Made by a program: the position numbers and the translations under genes. DNA of 32,000 bases, from assembly GCF_008000775.2 (NCBI RefSeq), contig NZ_CP042905.2, positions 2,220,001 through 2,252,000 on the forward strand, written 5' to 3'. Origin of the DNA: Promethearchaeum syntrophicum (lineage in GTDB: Archaea > Asgardarchaeota > Lokiarchaeia > Sigyniarchaeales > Promethearchaeaceae). Below the pieces are notes generated by a model. The model was not told where the DNA came from and did not search any database. It saw only the letters and a list, made by a program, of their open reading frames with translations. Shown piece after piece: positions 1 to 8,896 of this stretch. The stretch's first letter is position 1. Each line of letters opens with the position of its first letter.

Positions 1-97
1 AAAAATAATAAAAAAAATGCTAAAGAAGCCAGCTAACACGATATAATCATTTTCATGTTATTTACATCATACGCAATGGTGATTATATTGAACTATC

Positions 98-2350
98 TTA
101 GTTTAAATCTTGAATATGGGTGTTTTGAATTATAATATTACGACTTTTTTTGAGTTTCTCTAATTCCTTCTCCCATCTTTTTGGATTGTCGGTATCCCAT
201 TCCTTCAAAAGACTTAAAACCTCTTCTTGAAGGCTTAAATGTTGGATTACTGTTTTCTTATTTTCCCACCACTTTCGTAATAAAAATATTGCCTTTCTCG
301 GACCGTTTCCTCCTAATGAATTCAACCATTTACAGAAATGTGGAGCAAAATAGAATAGAATATTATCTTGAAGCAGAGAATCTTCATAAAATTTCGCAAG
401 ATCAATATCTGGAGTGTATTGGTATACCTGTTGATAAGTGATCGAAATTTTCAACAGTATATCTTGTATGTCTCGTTCATCTATCCAATCTTCATCAATA
501 CGCATACGTTTTAAATCTCTCTCTAACCTGGCTATTTGTCGCCATTTTTGCCATTTTTTGGTAAAGGGTGAATCTTTCTTTAAAATTTCTGTTAATTTTC
601 CTGGATAATCGCCTGATTGCTCAGGTTGTTCAGATTGTTCATAGTAATTTCTAAAGGCTATAAAGATTAGTTCCTCATAGTAATCGTAATTCTGGTATTG
701 ATCCGAGAAGATATCATACTCTTTAATTCTTTTTTCAAGTAAATCATATTTCTTCAAATTTAACAGGATTAACAACTCGATTTGTGCTTCAGCTATTGTG
801 AGTTGCTGTTGTTCTTTAAGATTTTCAATAATTTTAAGAACACGATCGTAAAGTCCAACTAGAAATGCGCGTTCCAAGTAAAACACGATATATCCTTTTT
901 TAGATTTCGGTTCATTTTTGACCGTAAAATCAAGAAGATCTTCCCATTCGATGGACTTATTAGCAATTAATTGGCTTGCAATAATATCATATAGAATAAT
1001 TTCTAAAGATTGTGCAATCTTGTGGGTTTCACTTTCGATAATTGAATTTAATTCATTTGCTTTTAAATTCAAGCGTCTGATGAGATTTCTTGTATAAACA
1101 TAACCTATTTTTTTAGATTCGACCAGTTTTAAGAAGACTTCAATTTTAACAGTTAAATCAAATTCTGAAGCAGGACCAATTATTTCCCAAACGGTTTCTT
1201 TTTCAATTTCTGAAGTGCAATTACTTAAATATGTTATAAATTTGGAGAGAGGTTCGTTAATATTCAAATATTCTTTCAATTCCTGCCTTACTTCTCCATT
1301 ATCAATGTAAATAGATTTTAATCGGATATATAACCGGATTTTTTCTTCTAGAATATTTTCCCTTTTCCCAATCTCCTTAACTAAATCTGTGGAAGACTCG
1401 GAATTTGGGCTTTCCTGCAAATATTTGATTATTTCTGTGTTAGTTCGGGATTTTAAATATACTATATGGCTTTTCATGCGTTCTTGTTCTAGTTGCTGTT
1501 TGAGTTGCTCATGCTCTAAAATTCCTTGTTCATACATATTCGATTCTTCTTCGTCTATATTTCCTTCACTATCCATGATTTCTGTATCATTTTCGCCTTG
1601 TTCATCTTCAAATTCATCGAAATCGCCATCAAGATTATTTCCTTCAAAATCAGATTCTGTCTCAGGATCGAAACCTTTGGTCATTCCTCTTATTATCTTT
1701 GTATTAGCTGAGGGTGATTGAAATTGTTGAATTGAGATTTGTTTTAGATTCTCAGGTAAAATCTTCAATTGATGGTCAATCTTTTCTAAAACCCCAGTAA
1801 GCTTAACCATTACATCATTGGTTGAAGGCCCCGATAGGGTAGGAGATATTTCATTAGAAACATTACCAATATTTGATTGAATAATCTCTTGGTTCTTGTT
1901 ACGTGTAACATTCTCTATACTTCTCGCTTCTCCATTATCATTACTTTTTCGTTGAGTATTCACAGATTCTGCTAAATCTTTCACATCTGAAGGAACTGTG
2001 TTGATACCCAGTAGTTTTCGTAAATTTAATCTTCCATTTTCGGTAATGGAGTACGCATAATATTGTTGTTCTTTTGTTTTCTCTTTTATTCGGGCAATCA
2101 GTTTTTGATCTATCAATCTCTTGTAATTTTTATAATAAGTACGCGTGCTCTTTCTTGTTATTCCAGGAAGCATCTCATTTAATCTCTGAATTTCACTGTG
2201 ACGAATAACTCCATATTTTTCTAGAATGAAAAGAATTTTGTCGGCTTGATTTATGCTTGTTAGGAACCTAAAGATTTTTGTCGGTTCAATCGATGAAATT
2301 TCTAGGGGTTTTGAGAGATCTTCCATTACTTTGTAAAGGAAAACGCTCAT
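98..2350 (-). CDS. Hypothetical 750-aa protein: N-terminal winged-helix (PadR/MarR-like) DNA-binding domain, acidic disordered linker, large alpha-helical C-terminal region of unknown function
   Basis: Uninterrupted 2.25-kb ORF with ATG at 2348-2350. Residues ~35-115 (ILFILEKYGVIRHSEIQRL...QQYYAYSITENGRLNL) show an HTH plus beta-wing pattern. Residues ~225-275 are a D/E-rich run (DFEGNNLDGDFDEFEDEQGENDTEIMDSEGNIDEEE). I recognise no catalytic motif in the remainder. Confidence 0.75.
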   Translation of the reverse strand: MSVFLYKVMEDLSKPLEISSIEPTKIFRFLTSINQADKILFILEKYGVIRHSEIQRLNEMLPGITRKSTRTYYKNYKRLIDQKLIARIKEKTKEQQYYAYSITENGRLNLRKLLGINTVPSDVKDLAESVNTQRKSNDNGEARSIENVTRNKNQEIIQSNIGNVSNEISPTLSGPSTNDVMVKLTGVLEKIDHQLKILPENLKQISIQQFQSPSANTKIIRGMTKGFDPETESDFEGNNLDGDFDEFEDEQGENDTEIMDSEGNIDEEESNMYEQGILEHEQLKQQLEQERMKSHIVYLKSRTNTEIIKYLQESPNSESSTDLVKEIGKRENILEEKIRLYIRLKSIYIDNGEVRQELKEYLNINEPLSKFITYLSNCTSEIEKETVWEIIGPASEFDLTVKIEVFLKLVESKKIGYVYTRNLIRRLNLKANELNSIIESETHKIAQSLEIILYDIIASQLIANKSIEWEDLLDFTVKNEPKSKKGYIVFYLERAFLVGLYDRVLKIIENLKEQQQLTIAEAQIELLILLNLKKYDLLEKRIKEYDIFSDQYQNYDYYEELIFIAFRNYYEQSEQPEQSGDYPGKLTEILKKDSPFTKKWQKWRQIARLERDLKRMRIDEDWIDERDIQDILLKISITYQQVYQYTPDIDLAKFYEDSLLQDNILFYFAPHFCKWLNSLGGNGPRKAIFLLRKWWENKKTVIQHLSLQEEVLSLLKEWDTDNPKRWEKELEKLKKSRNIIIQNTHIQDLN

Positions 2351-2359
2351 ATTTAAATC

Positions 2360-2429
2360 TTTTACATTTTTTTACCAATTTTTTACAATATTTTACCAAT
2401 TTTTTACATGTAGAAATTTGTGAAATTTC
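2360..2429 (-). promoter_or_regulatory. Phased direct repeats (21-bp period) plus a 17-bp palindrome directly upstream of the winged-helix gene; candidate operator/promoter
   Basis: The 18-mer ttttaccaattttttaca occurs exactly at 2370-2387 and 2391-2408. A third ttttaca core lies at 2360-2366, so the cores are spaced about 21 bp apart. The palindrome gaaattt-gtg-aaatttc lies at 2413-2429. All of this sits within 80 bp of the ATG at 2350. Confidence 0.4.
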
Positions 2430-2832
2430 AGTTTTTTTTATGATTTCTTGAGAATTAATCCTTAACTTCACTCTTTAAGGGCAAGAAAAATTAAAATTTC
2501 CTCACTTTTACAACTATAAAAATACAGAAATGTTTAATTGTGTGTGCGAGATTAATATTATAATTTCGGATTATCATACAGATGATTTAAAAATGGATAA
2601 AGAAGAGCTAACCGAACAAGTTATTTTAATTGAAGATGACAGTTATTCTGATAAAGATCTGTTAACTAATAGAAAAATTTAAGATCATTGTGAGATTTGT
2701 CAGCGAAAAACCTTAAAAAATCATTTTCCACCAGGACAACGTTTTCATTATAATTATATTCACGTCTCTCATTTTGAAAGATTTAGATATAGTAACTCAT
2801 TTGGTAATTATTGTTATATCTGTCATAAATCT

Positions 2833-3315
2833 ATGTGTACAAGATGTAAAGTCGGAATCGTATGCAAAAACTGTATTGAATATCTTCCAAAAACGACAAA
2901 AAATATATTCCTAACATTAAAGAAGATGTGGAATATTATATGGTTAAGTTCATTATTTATAATGATATTTTCCATTATAGCTATATTTTTAAATATTGCA
3001 ACTAATATCCCCACTTTAGGAATTCCAAACATTGTTTATATTCCACTAGCTTACTTTTCTGTTTTATTGGATGTTTTTGGTCATTATTTTATCTTTAAAT
3101 ATTTTAATAATACCATAGAAAAATTTCTCAATGATCTTATAGAAAACCCTCAATATCCTGAAAATCTTGTAAATGAAATCAAAGCTGTCTATAATGATTC
3201 ATATGATCATCCGGAAAATATCTACCATTTGAAGCGTTATTTGCTTTTTGGTTTAATATCTAGCATTTTAGGTATAACATATGTTAGTTGGAGTGATTTT
3301 GTGAACTTTTTGTGA
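2833..3315 (+). CDS. Small membrane protein with an N-terminal Cys-rich zinc-ribbon and ~3 TM helices; the frame appears to extend upstream (see finding on the in-frame TAA)
   Basis: ORF starts at ATG 2833. It has CTRC-x5-CKNC at its N-terminus and three hydrophobic segments (WNIIWLSSLFIMIFSIIAIFLNIA, IVYIPLAYFSVLLDVFGHYFIF, LLFGLISSILGITYVSW). The same frame is open back to 2683 and carries two more CxxC pairs. Confidence 0.6.
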   Translation: MCTRCKVGIVCKNCIEYLPKTTKNIFLTLKKMWNIIWLSSLFIMIFSIIAIFLNIATNIPTLGIPNIVYIPLAYFSVLLDVFGHYFIFKYFNNTIEKFLNDLIENPQYPENLVNEIKAVYNDSYDHPENIYHLKRYLLFGLISSILGITYVSWSDFVNFL

Positions 3316-3589
3316 ATTTTAAATATTCCAATCTGAAACCAAATTACTATTGAAATTTTTTTTTATCATTCTAATGAAATTTACGAGCATTTAGGATAAC
3401 TTTTTTGTTTTTAATAGAACCCGGATTAAATGGATTTATAAATTTGTCCTTTTATATACATTCTTTATTCTTAAGTTAAAAAAATCCTTTTATTCTATAA
3501 AAATCAATTAGAATTTATTAATTCATTATTTTAAATTATTCATTTAAAGAAATGTGAATTTTTAAAGAATTTAAAGAGGAAATAATTAA

Positions 3590-6400
3590 ATGGTATTAAC
3601 TACAAAACAAAAGAAATTAGTAAGAACAACTATTTTTCTTGGTATACTACTAATTTCAGGATTTTCGGCTATAAGTAATAGCAAATTAGGAATTGAGAGT
3701 GTTTCTGAACAAAAAAACCACATAAAAAATACTCCAAGTTCTTCAGCTTTTTGGAAAAATACATCGATAATTATTGATGCAACCGCTACAATAAATACAA
3801 CTCATTCAGGAAACTGGACATGGGCTGCTGCACAAGATTGGTGTAAAGGGTTAGGTACCTGGGATCAACCCTATCGAATAGAAAACATGACTTTTGAAGC
3901 AGATTATAATATGAATGGGCTTTTAATTGCAAATTCGAATGAATTTTATTTTGAAATCAACAATTGTACATTCTTAAATGCGACAACTAGCTCTCAATTT
4001 GCAGGATTAAATTTAAACAACGCTGCAAATGGGACAATTACTGAATGCAATATGTCAACTAGCTATTATGGGTTGCTATTGGATGGCGGTTGTGATAATA
4101 TCACAATTACATATAATAATGCTACTGAAAATAATCGCGGTGGAATCCGATTAGGTCAGAATGCGATAAATAATACCATAGCTTTTAATAATGCATCTGA
4201 TAATGATGGCCCTGGAATTTGGCTTTATAGAGCGGATTATAATCATATTTATAATAATACTGTAAATAATAATATCATAGATGGGAGTCAAGGTGCAATA
4301 TATATTTATAGTGCAGATGGCAATTTAGTGTTTAATAATACCGCTTTTGATAATTCTAATGCTCAAATCGGATTAAGAGATGCTGAAAATAATAGAATTT
4401 ATGAGAATAAAATTGGAGGGGGGAATTATGGGATATATACTGTGAGCTTTTCTCATAATACTTCTGTAATTAATAATTCGATATATAATTCGAACACTGG
4501 AATTAATATCAATGGTGGTCATAAAAATAATATTCTTGATAATGATATAAATAATGGGAACATAGGAATTTATTTTTCTTCATCAGATAATAATACAGTG
4601 CAAGATAATAGAGTGATCGATAATATTCAATATGGAATTCAACTATACTCTTCAGATAATTCCAATTTCATCGAAAACACAATAAGTAATAGTGGATCTA
4701 GTTCGTCGTTTAGAATAATCGGTTCGAATAATTTAACTTTATTTGATAATATTATCGATGATAAAGGTTTATTTTTAGATCAGTCTTATCATAATCAAAT
4801 TAATCAAGGAAATACCGTTTCTGGAAAACCTATTTATTATTATGAAGATCAAGATGATTTGGATTTAAATGGGGATATCATTACTAATATCGGACAATTG
4901 TTTTTGATAAATTGTAATCGTGCTCAAATCTCAAATTTTAATATTAGAGATGTTTCAGTTGGAATTTACATCGACACAGGGAATCAACTTTCAATATCAA
5001 ATAATAATGTATCGAATAATTACAATTTTGGACTGAACTTAAAAAATACTAACCAAAGCTCAATTACGGGTAATATTGCATCAAATAACTTATATACAGG
5101 TATGAATCTACTCAATATTGATCATTGTTCAATTACCAGTAATACAGTAAATGATAATAATCGTGGAATATATTGTGAAAATGATGATCCAGATGATTGG
5201 GACGAAGAGGATCCTGATTTATCATTATTGATTGGTGAAAACACATTTTCTGAAAACAATGCAAATAATAATAAACAGCATGGAATGGAAACCCGTTATT
5301 CAAAATTTGATACTATTTCAAACAACATATGTTTTAATAATACTCAAGATGGGATTTATTTAGAATATGTATACAATAGCACAATTTCTAATAATCAAGT
5401 TATAAACAGTTCTCAAGATGGTATAGGGTGCTATTACTCACAAAATAATAATATTTTTGAAAATGAAGTAATTAACACTACTAACGCTGGAATTTATTTA
5501 GAATACGCAAATCATACAAAAATAGTGTATAATATTATTGAATTGAATGGTGAGGGAATTTCGCTCTATGATACCCACCATGTATCAATAGAAAACAATG
5601 AAATTACCTCCAATGTACGAAATGGAATAGATTTTGAAATTGCAAATGATACAAAAATAACGGGTAATATTATCTCTTTAAATAGCCAAACTGGAATTTT
5701 AATTGATACCGATTCCTATGAAAACATCATATTTCGGAATATTTTCATCCAAAATACAGTTCATGCAGAGGATAATGGATTTTCAAACCAATGGTACAAC
5801 CAAAATATAGGAAACTATTGGGATAATTACACTGGGAGTGATTTAGATGATGATGGTATTGGAGACACTAGTCATTCAATACTCGGATCTGCAAACAATT
5901 TCGATTTATACCCAATTTTTGGAATAACGCTCCCATTATTTATCGAAACTCCAATAAATGCATCCTTTACTGTAAATCAAACACAAATATTAAATTGGAC
6001 AGTTCAAGATTATATTATTTGGGGCTCAACCTATACAATTTTTGTAAATGGAACTGAAGTTGGATCTGGGACTTGGGAATCTGATGCACAATTTAGTTTT
6101 GATCTCCAAAGTTTGAATCTTGAGGCAGGTGTTTATAATGTAACCGTTGTTGTTTCTGATGGGATGGAAAATTCTGCAGAAAATTCAATTTTGGTTATAA
6201 TTAATCCTGAAATTGGAGGAGAACCTCAAAAAATTAGTGGATGGTTAATCTTCCTTTTTATTGTGTTGGGATTGTCTGTTATATCGGTTAGTTCAATGCT
6301 TGTTCTCAAAAAAACGAAACCTGAGAAATATGACTTAGTTATGGAAAAATTAAAAGGATTTTTCAGTAATCTTAAGAATATTGGTAAATCTGATACGTAA
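3590..6400 (+). CDS. Cell-surface right-handed parallel beta-helix (PbH1/NosD-like) repeat protein with a signal peptide, a C-terminal Ig-like domain and a C-terminal TM anchor
   Basis: N-terminal signal/anchor (TTIFLGILLISGFSAISNS). There are dozens of ~22-residue Asn/Gly/Ile-rich repeats (xNNxIxxNxxxGIxLxxSxxNxI). The NosD-type segment NIGNYWDNYTGSDLDDDGIGDTSHSI is present. The C-terminal TM is GWLIFLFIVLGLSVISVSSMLVL followed by KKTK. N-x-S/T sequons are very numerous. A GAGG motif lies ~10 nt upstream of the ATG. Confidence 0.85.
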   Translation: MVLTTKQKKLVRTTIFLGILLISGFSAISNSKLGIESVSEQKNHIKNTPSSSAFWKNTSIIIDATATINTTHSGNWTWAAAQDWCKGLGTWDQPYRIENMTFEADYNMNGLLIANSNEFYFEINNCTFLNATTSSQFAGLNLNNAANGTITECNMSTSYYGLLLDGGCDNITITYNNATENNRGGIRLGQNAINNTIAFNNASDNDGPGIWLYRADYNHIYNNTVNNNIIDGSQGAIYIYSADGNLVFNNTAFDNSNAQIGLRDAENNRIYENKIGGGNYGIYTVSFSHNTSVINNSIYNSNTGININGGHKNNILDNDINNGNIGIYFSSSDNNTVQDNRVIDNIQYGIQLYSSDNSNFIENTISNSGSSSSFRIIGSNNLTLFDNIIDDKGLFLDQSYHNQINQGNTVSGKPIYYYEDQDDLDLNGDIITNIGQLFLINCNRAQISNFNIRDVSVGIYIDTGNQLSISNNNVSNNYNFGLNLKNTNQSSITGNIASNNLYTGMNLLNIDHCSITSNTVNDNNRGIYCENDDPDDWDEEDPDLSLLIGENTFSENNANNNKQHGMETRYSKFDTISNNICFNNTQDGIYLEYVYNSTISNNQVINSSQDGIGCYYSQNNNIFENEVINTTNAGIYLEYANHTKIVYNIIELNGEGISLYDTHHVSIENNEITSNVRNGIDFEIANDTKITGNIISLNSQTGILIDTDSYENIIFRNIFIQNTVHAEDNGFSNQWYNQNIGNYWDNYTGSDLDDDGIGDTSHSILGSANNFDLYPIFGITLPLFIETPINASFTVNQTQILNWTVQDYIIWGSTYTIFVNGTEVGSGTWESDAQFSFDLQSLNLEAGVYNVTVVVSDGMENSAENSILVIINPEIGGEPQKISGWLIFLFIVLGLSVISVSSMLVLKKTKPEKYDLVMEKLKGFFSNLKNIGKSDT

Positions 6401-6416
6401 TGATATATATTGATTG

Positions 6417-6441
6417 TTATTTTTTACTTTTTCTTTCTTTA
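6417..6441 (+). terminator. Oligo-T-rich tract after the beta-helix gene; possible archaeal-type intrinsic terminator
   Basis: ttattttttactttttctttcttt begins ~17 nt after the TAA at 6398-6400. Archaeal termination typically uses T-runs. AT-rich background makes this weak. Confidence 0.3.
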
Positions 6442-6532
6442 ATCAAATATACCATTGTTCAGAACATTTAAATAACACCAAATTGAATTTCGGCCTATTA
6501 ACATAATTTTATTCAAATAATCATAATAATTA

Positions 6533-6654
6533 GGAACCCTTTTTAAGGTAGAAATTGGAAATTAAAGGAAAGTTGTAAAAAACATGATTTAAAAAAGAAA
6601 CCTGTTTAAAAGGTAGAAGATAAATTCGAAAAGTTCTACAAACTTGAACTTTTC
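6533..6654. repeat. Two tandem imperfect ~50-60-nt repeat units; the second ends in a 9-bp-stem hairpin
   Basis: Unit A, 6533-6582: gaaccctttttaaggtagaaattggaaattaaaggaaagttgtaaaaaac. Unit B, 6596-6643: gaaacctgtttaaaaggtagaagataaattcgaaaagttctacaaac. A perfect inverted repeat pairs gaaaagttc (6628-6636) with gaacttttc (6646-6654), leaving a 9-nt loop. Confidence 0.45.
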
Positions 6655-6787
6655 TAGTTCGTAATAAAAATTTAATCCGTTTATAAGAAAAATCCCCCGT
6701 TTTCAAAATTTTAAAATGGAGTGAATTTCACTTCGAATTAAAATAAAAAATTAAAAATCTTAATAGTGCAAATTCCTAAATTGAAGT

Positions 6788-8896
6788 ATGGGTATGAAAT
6801 TCACATTTCAAAGTAGACCTTTGAAATTACAAATTAAACTCTCATGCATCATTATCGTAATTTTCACCTCAATTATACCTTTTATTTATATCAGTCTTTT
6901 GACTTTATTCTTAAAATTAGACAACGAAAACATAAATAATCCTTTAATAAACGAATATTTAAAGAATTTTTTAATTTTCCAGTTAATTTCTATTCTAATT
7001 ATTGGATTCGGGCTTTATTCGATTATACATTCATCTAATAAAATAGCAAATAACCAAGAAAAAATGAATAAGCAATATAATTCAGATCTAAAAGTAATAA
7101 ACGCAAAATTACAATCTGTTTTTAAAACTTCAAATGAGGGTTTTTGGGAATCAAATAACGAGGATATCACAATAGATGTAAATCCAAAAATGTGCGAAAT
7201 TCTAGGAAGAACAAGGGAAGAGATAATTGGAAGAGATTCACATGAATTGTTGACCCCTGATGGAAAAGATAAAATTTCATTCCAGCATGAAGAATATAGA
7301 AAAAAAGGACTGAGTAGCTCGTATGAATTATCATTTGTAAGTTCAAGTTCGAAAATTGTGAACTGCATTGTAAATGCGGCACCAATTTTTGATGAATTTG
7401 GGGAAAAAATAGGGACATTTGCCATGATGACAGATATAACCTATCTGAAAGAAGCAGAAGAAAAATTGAAAAAACAAATTGAAAAACTTGATTGTTTATT
7501 TGAAATCTCTCGTATTCTTTCAAAACCAAATATCACAATCCCGAAACTGCTACATGATTCGTTACCTTTAATACTTCAAACATCTCAAAATCCAAAAAAA
7601 ACTTTTGTGAGCATTGCATATGATGAATTTGAATATAAATCAGAAAATTTCAAGGAAACTGATCTAAGAATTTCCATTTTGGATCGAATTAATGGAAAAA
7701 AACTAGAGATAATTGTGTATTGTGAAAATGAACATATTATTTCTGAAGAAGAAATAAGCCTAATTAAGGAAATTGAAGAGCGAATAAGAAATGAAATTTT
7801 ACGACGTGAAATCGAACATGACAATTATATATTAGCTAATATTGTAGAAAATTCAAACGATGCAATAATAAGTCTAAATATAGATGGATCTATTATATCA
7901 TGGAATAAAGGAGCTGAAAATGTCTTTGGTTATAAAGAGAAAGAAATCAAAGGAAAGAACTACAGTTTATTAGGTCCAGAAAATTTAACCATTGATCAAA
8001 CATTAATTTTTAATGAAGTCAAAAACAGTGAACACACGAATCATATTGAAACTAAAGGTTTGAGTAAGGAGGGTAATATTCTTGATATTTCAGTAACGAC
8101 TTCATTAATTAAAAACCAAAAAGGAGAAATAACCGGAATTTCTATTATTGCACGTGATTTTACTGAAGTATTCAAAAATCAAAAACTTTATCAAGAGCAA
8201 ATCTTAAAATCTTCACAATTTAAATCAGATTTTATGTCTTCAATGTCTCATGAATTAAGAACTCCATTAAATAGTATAATAGGTTTTTCCGATGTTCTCT
8301 TAGAGAAATATTATGGTGAATTAAATGATCAACAAGAAATATATTTGAATAATGTAAAATCATCTGCAGGACATTTACTAAATCTAATAAATGATATCTT
8401 AGATATTTCCAAAATTGAAGCTGGAAAAGTAGAATTGAATATTCAAAAAATTTCAATACACAAAGTTCTAAAACAAACTGAAATTACACTTAGACCAGAA
8501 TTTGAGAAAAAAAATCTGAAATTTGAAATGGTGGGACTAAATTCCGAGCAAGTAGTCCCCGTAGATTTAATAAGATTTAAGGAAATTCTCTATAATCTTC
8601 TAAGTAACGCAATAAAATATACAAAAAAAGGATCAGTCAAACTTGAGGTTATTGAGGAAGAAGATCTTTGGAAATTTAATGTGATTGATACTGGGATTGG
8701 GATCAAGGAAGAACATTTTGATTTAATTTTTAATGAATTTGAAAGAATCCAATCTGAATATGTTTCTTCAGTAGAAGGGACTGGTCTGGGTTTATCATTA
8801 ACTAAAAGATTAGTCGAACTTCATGGAGGAAATATAAGTTTTACCAGTAAATGGGAAGAGGGATCAATATTTACTTTTACCCTACCTAAAAAATGA
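6788..8896 (+). CDS. Membrane-bound sensor histidine kinase (2 TM, PAS, GAF-like, PAS, HisKA, HATPase_c)
   Basis: Two N-terminal TM helices are present. PAS-like segments include EGFWESNNEDITIDVNPKMCEILGRTREEIIGR and NDAIISLNIDGSIISWNKGAENVFGYKEKEIKGK. The H-box is FMSSMSHELRTPLNSIIGFSDVL. The G-boxes are DTGIGI and GTGLGLSLTKRLVELHGGNISFTS. Confidence 0.9.
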   Translation: MGMKFTFQSRPLKLQIKLSCIIIVIFTSIIPFIYISLLTLFLKLDNENINNPLINEYLKNFLIFQLISILIIGFGLYSIIHSSNKIANNQEKMNKQYNSDLKVINAKLQSVFKTSNEGFWESNNEDITIDVNPKMCEILGRTREEIIGRDSHELLTPDGKDKISFQHEEYRKKGLSSSYELSFVSSSSKIVNCIVNAAPIFDEFGEKIGTFAMMTDITYLKEAEEKLKKQIEKLDCLFEISRILSKPNITIPKLLHDSLPLILQTSQNPKKTFVSIAYDEFEYKSENFKETDLRISILDRINGKKLEIIVYCENEHIISEEEISLIKEIEERIRNEILRREIEHDNYILANIVENSNDAIISLNIDGSIISWNKGAENVFGYKEKEIKGKNYSLLGPENLTIDQTLIFNEVKNSEHTNHIETKGLSKEGNILDISVTTSLIKNQKGEITGISIIARDFTEVFKNQKLYQEQILKSSQFKSDFMSSMSHELRTPLNSIIGFSDVLLEKYYGELNDQQEIYLNNVKSSAGHLLNLINDILDISKIEAGKVELNIQKISIHKVLKQTEITLRPEFEKKNLKFEMVGLNSEQVVPVDLIRFKEILYNLLSNAIKYTKKGSVKLEVIEEEDLWKFNVIDTGIGIKEEHFDLIFNEFERIQSEYVSSVEGTGLGLSLTKRLVELHGGNISFTSKWEEGSIFTFTLPKK

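Noticed and set aside
1389-1721. 110-aa and 61-aa plus-strand ORFs antisense to the 750-aa gene
   Set aside because: Their Ser/Cys/Phe-rich low-complexity sequence is simply the reverse-complement reading of the D/E/Q-rich acidic linker. They have no start context or motifs.
2286-2471. 61-aa minus-strand ORF overlapping the start of the winged-helix gene
   Set aside because: Its CKKLVKYCKKLVKKCK repeat is just the translation of the 21-bp DNA direct repeats. I interpret it as regulatory DNA, not coding.
2823-3032. 69-aa ORF antisense to the zinc-ribbon membrane gene
   Set aside because: It lies entirely inside a better-supported ORF on the opposite strand, with AT-rich noise composition.
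7015-8456. Four minus-strand ORFs (74-136 aa) inside the histidine kinase gene
   Set aside because: They are antisense to a gene with unambiguous HisKA/HATPase motifs and have no recognisable features of their own.
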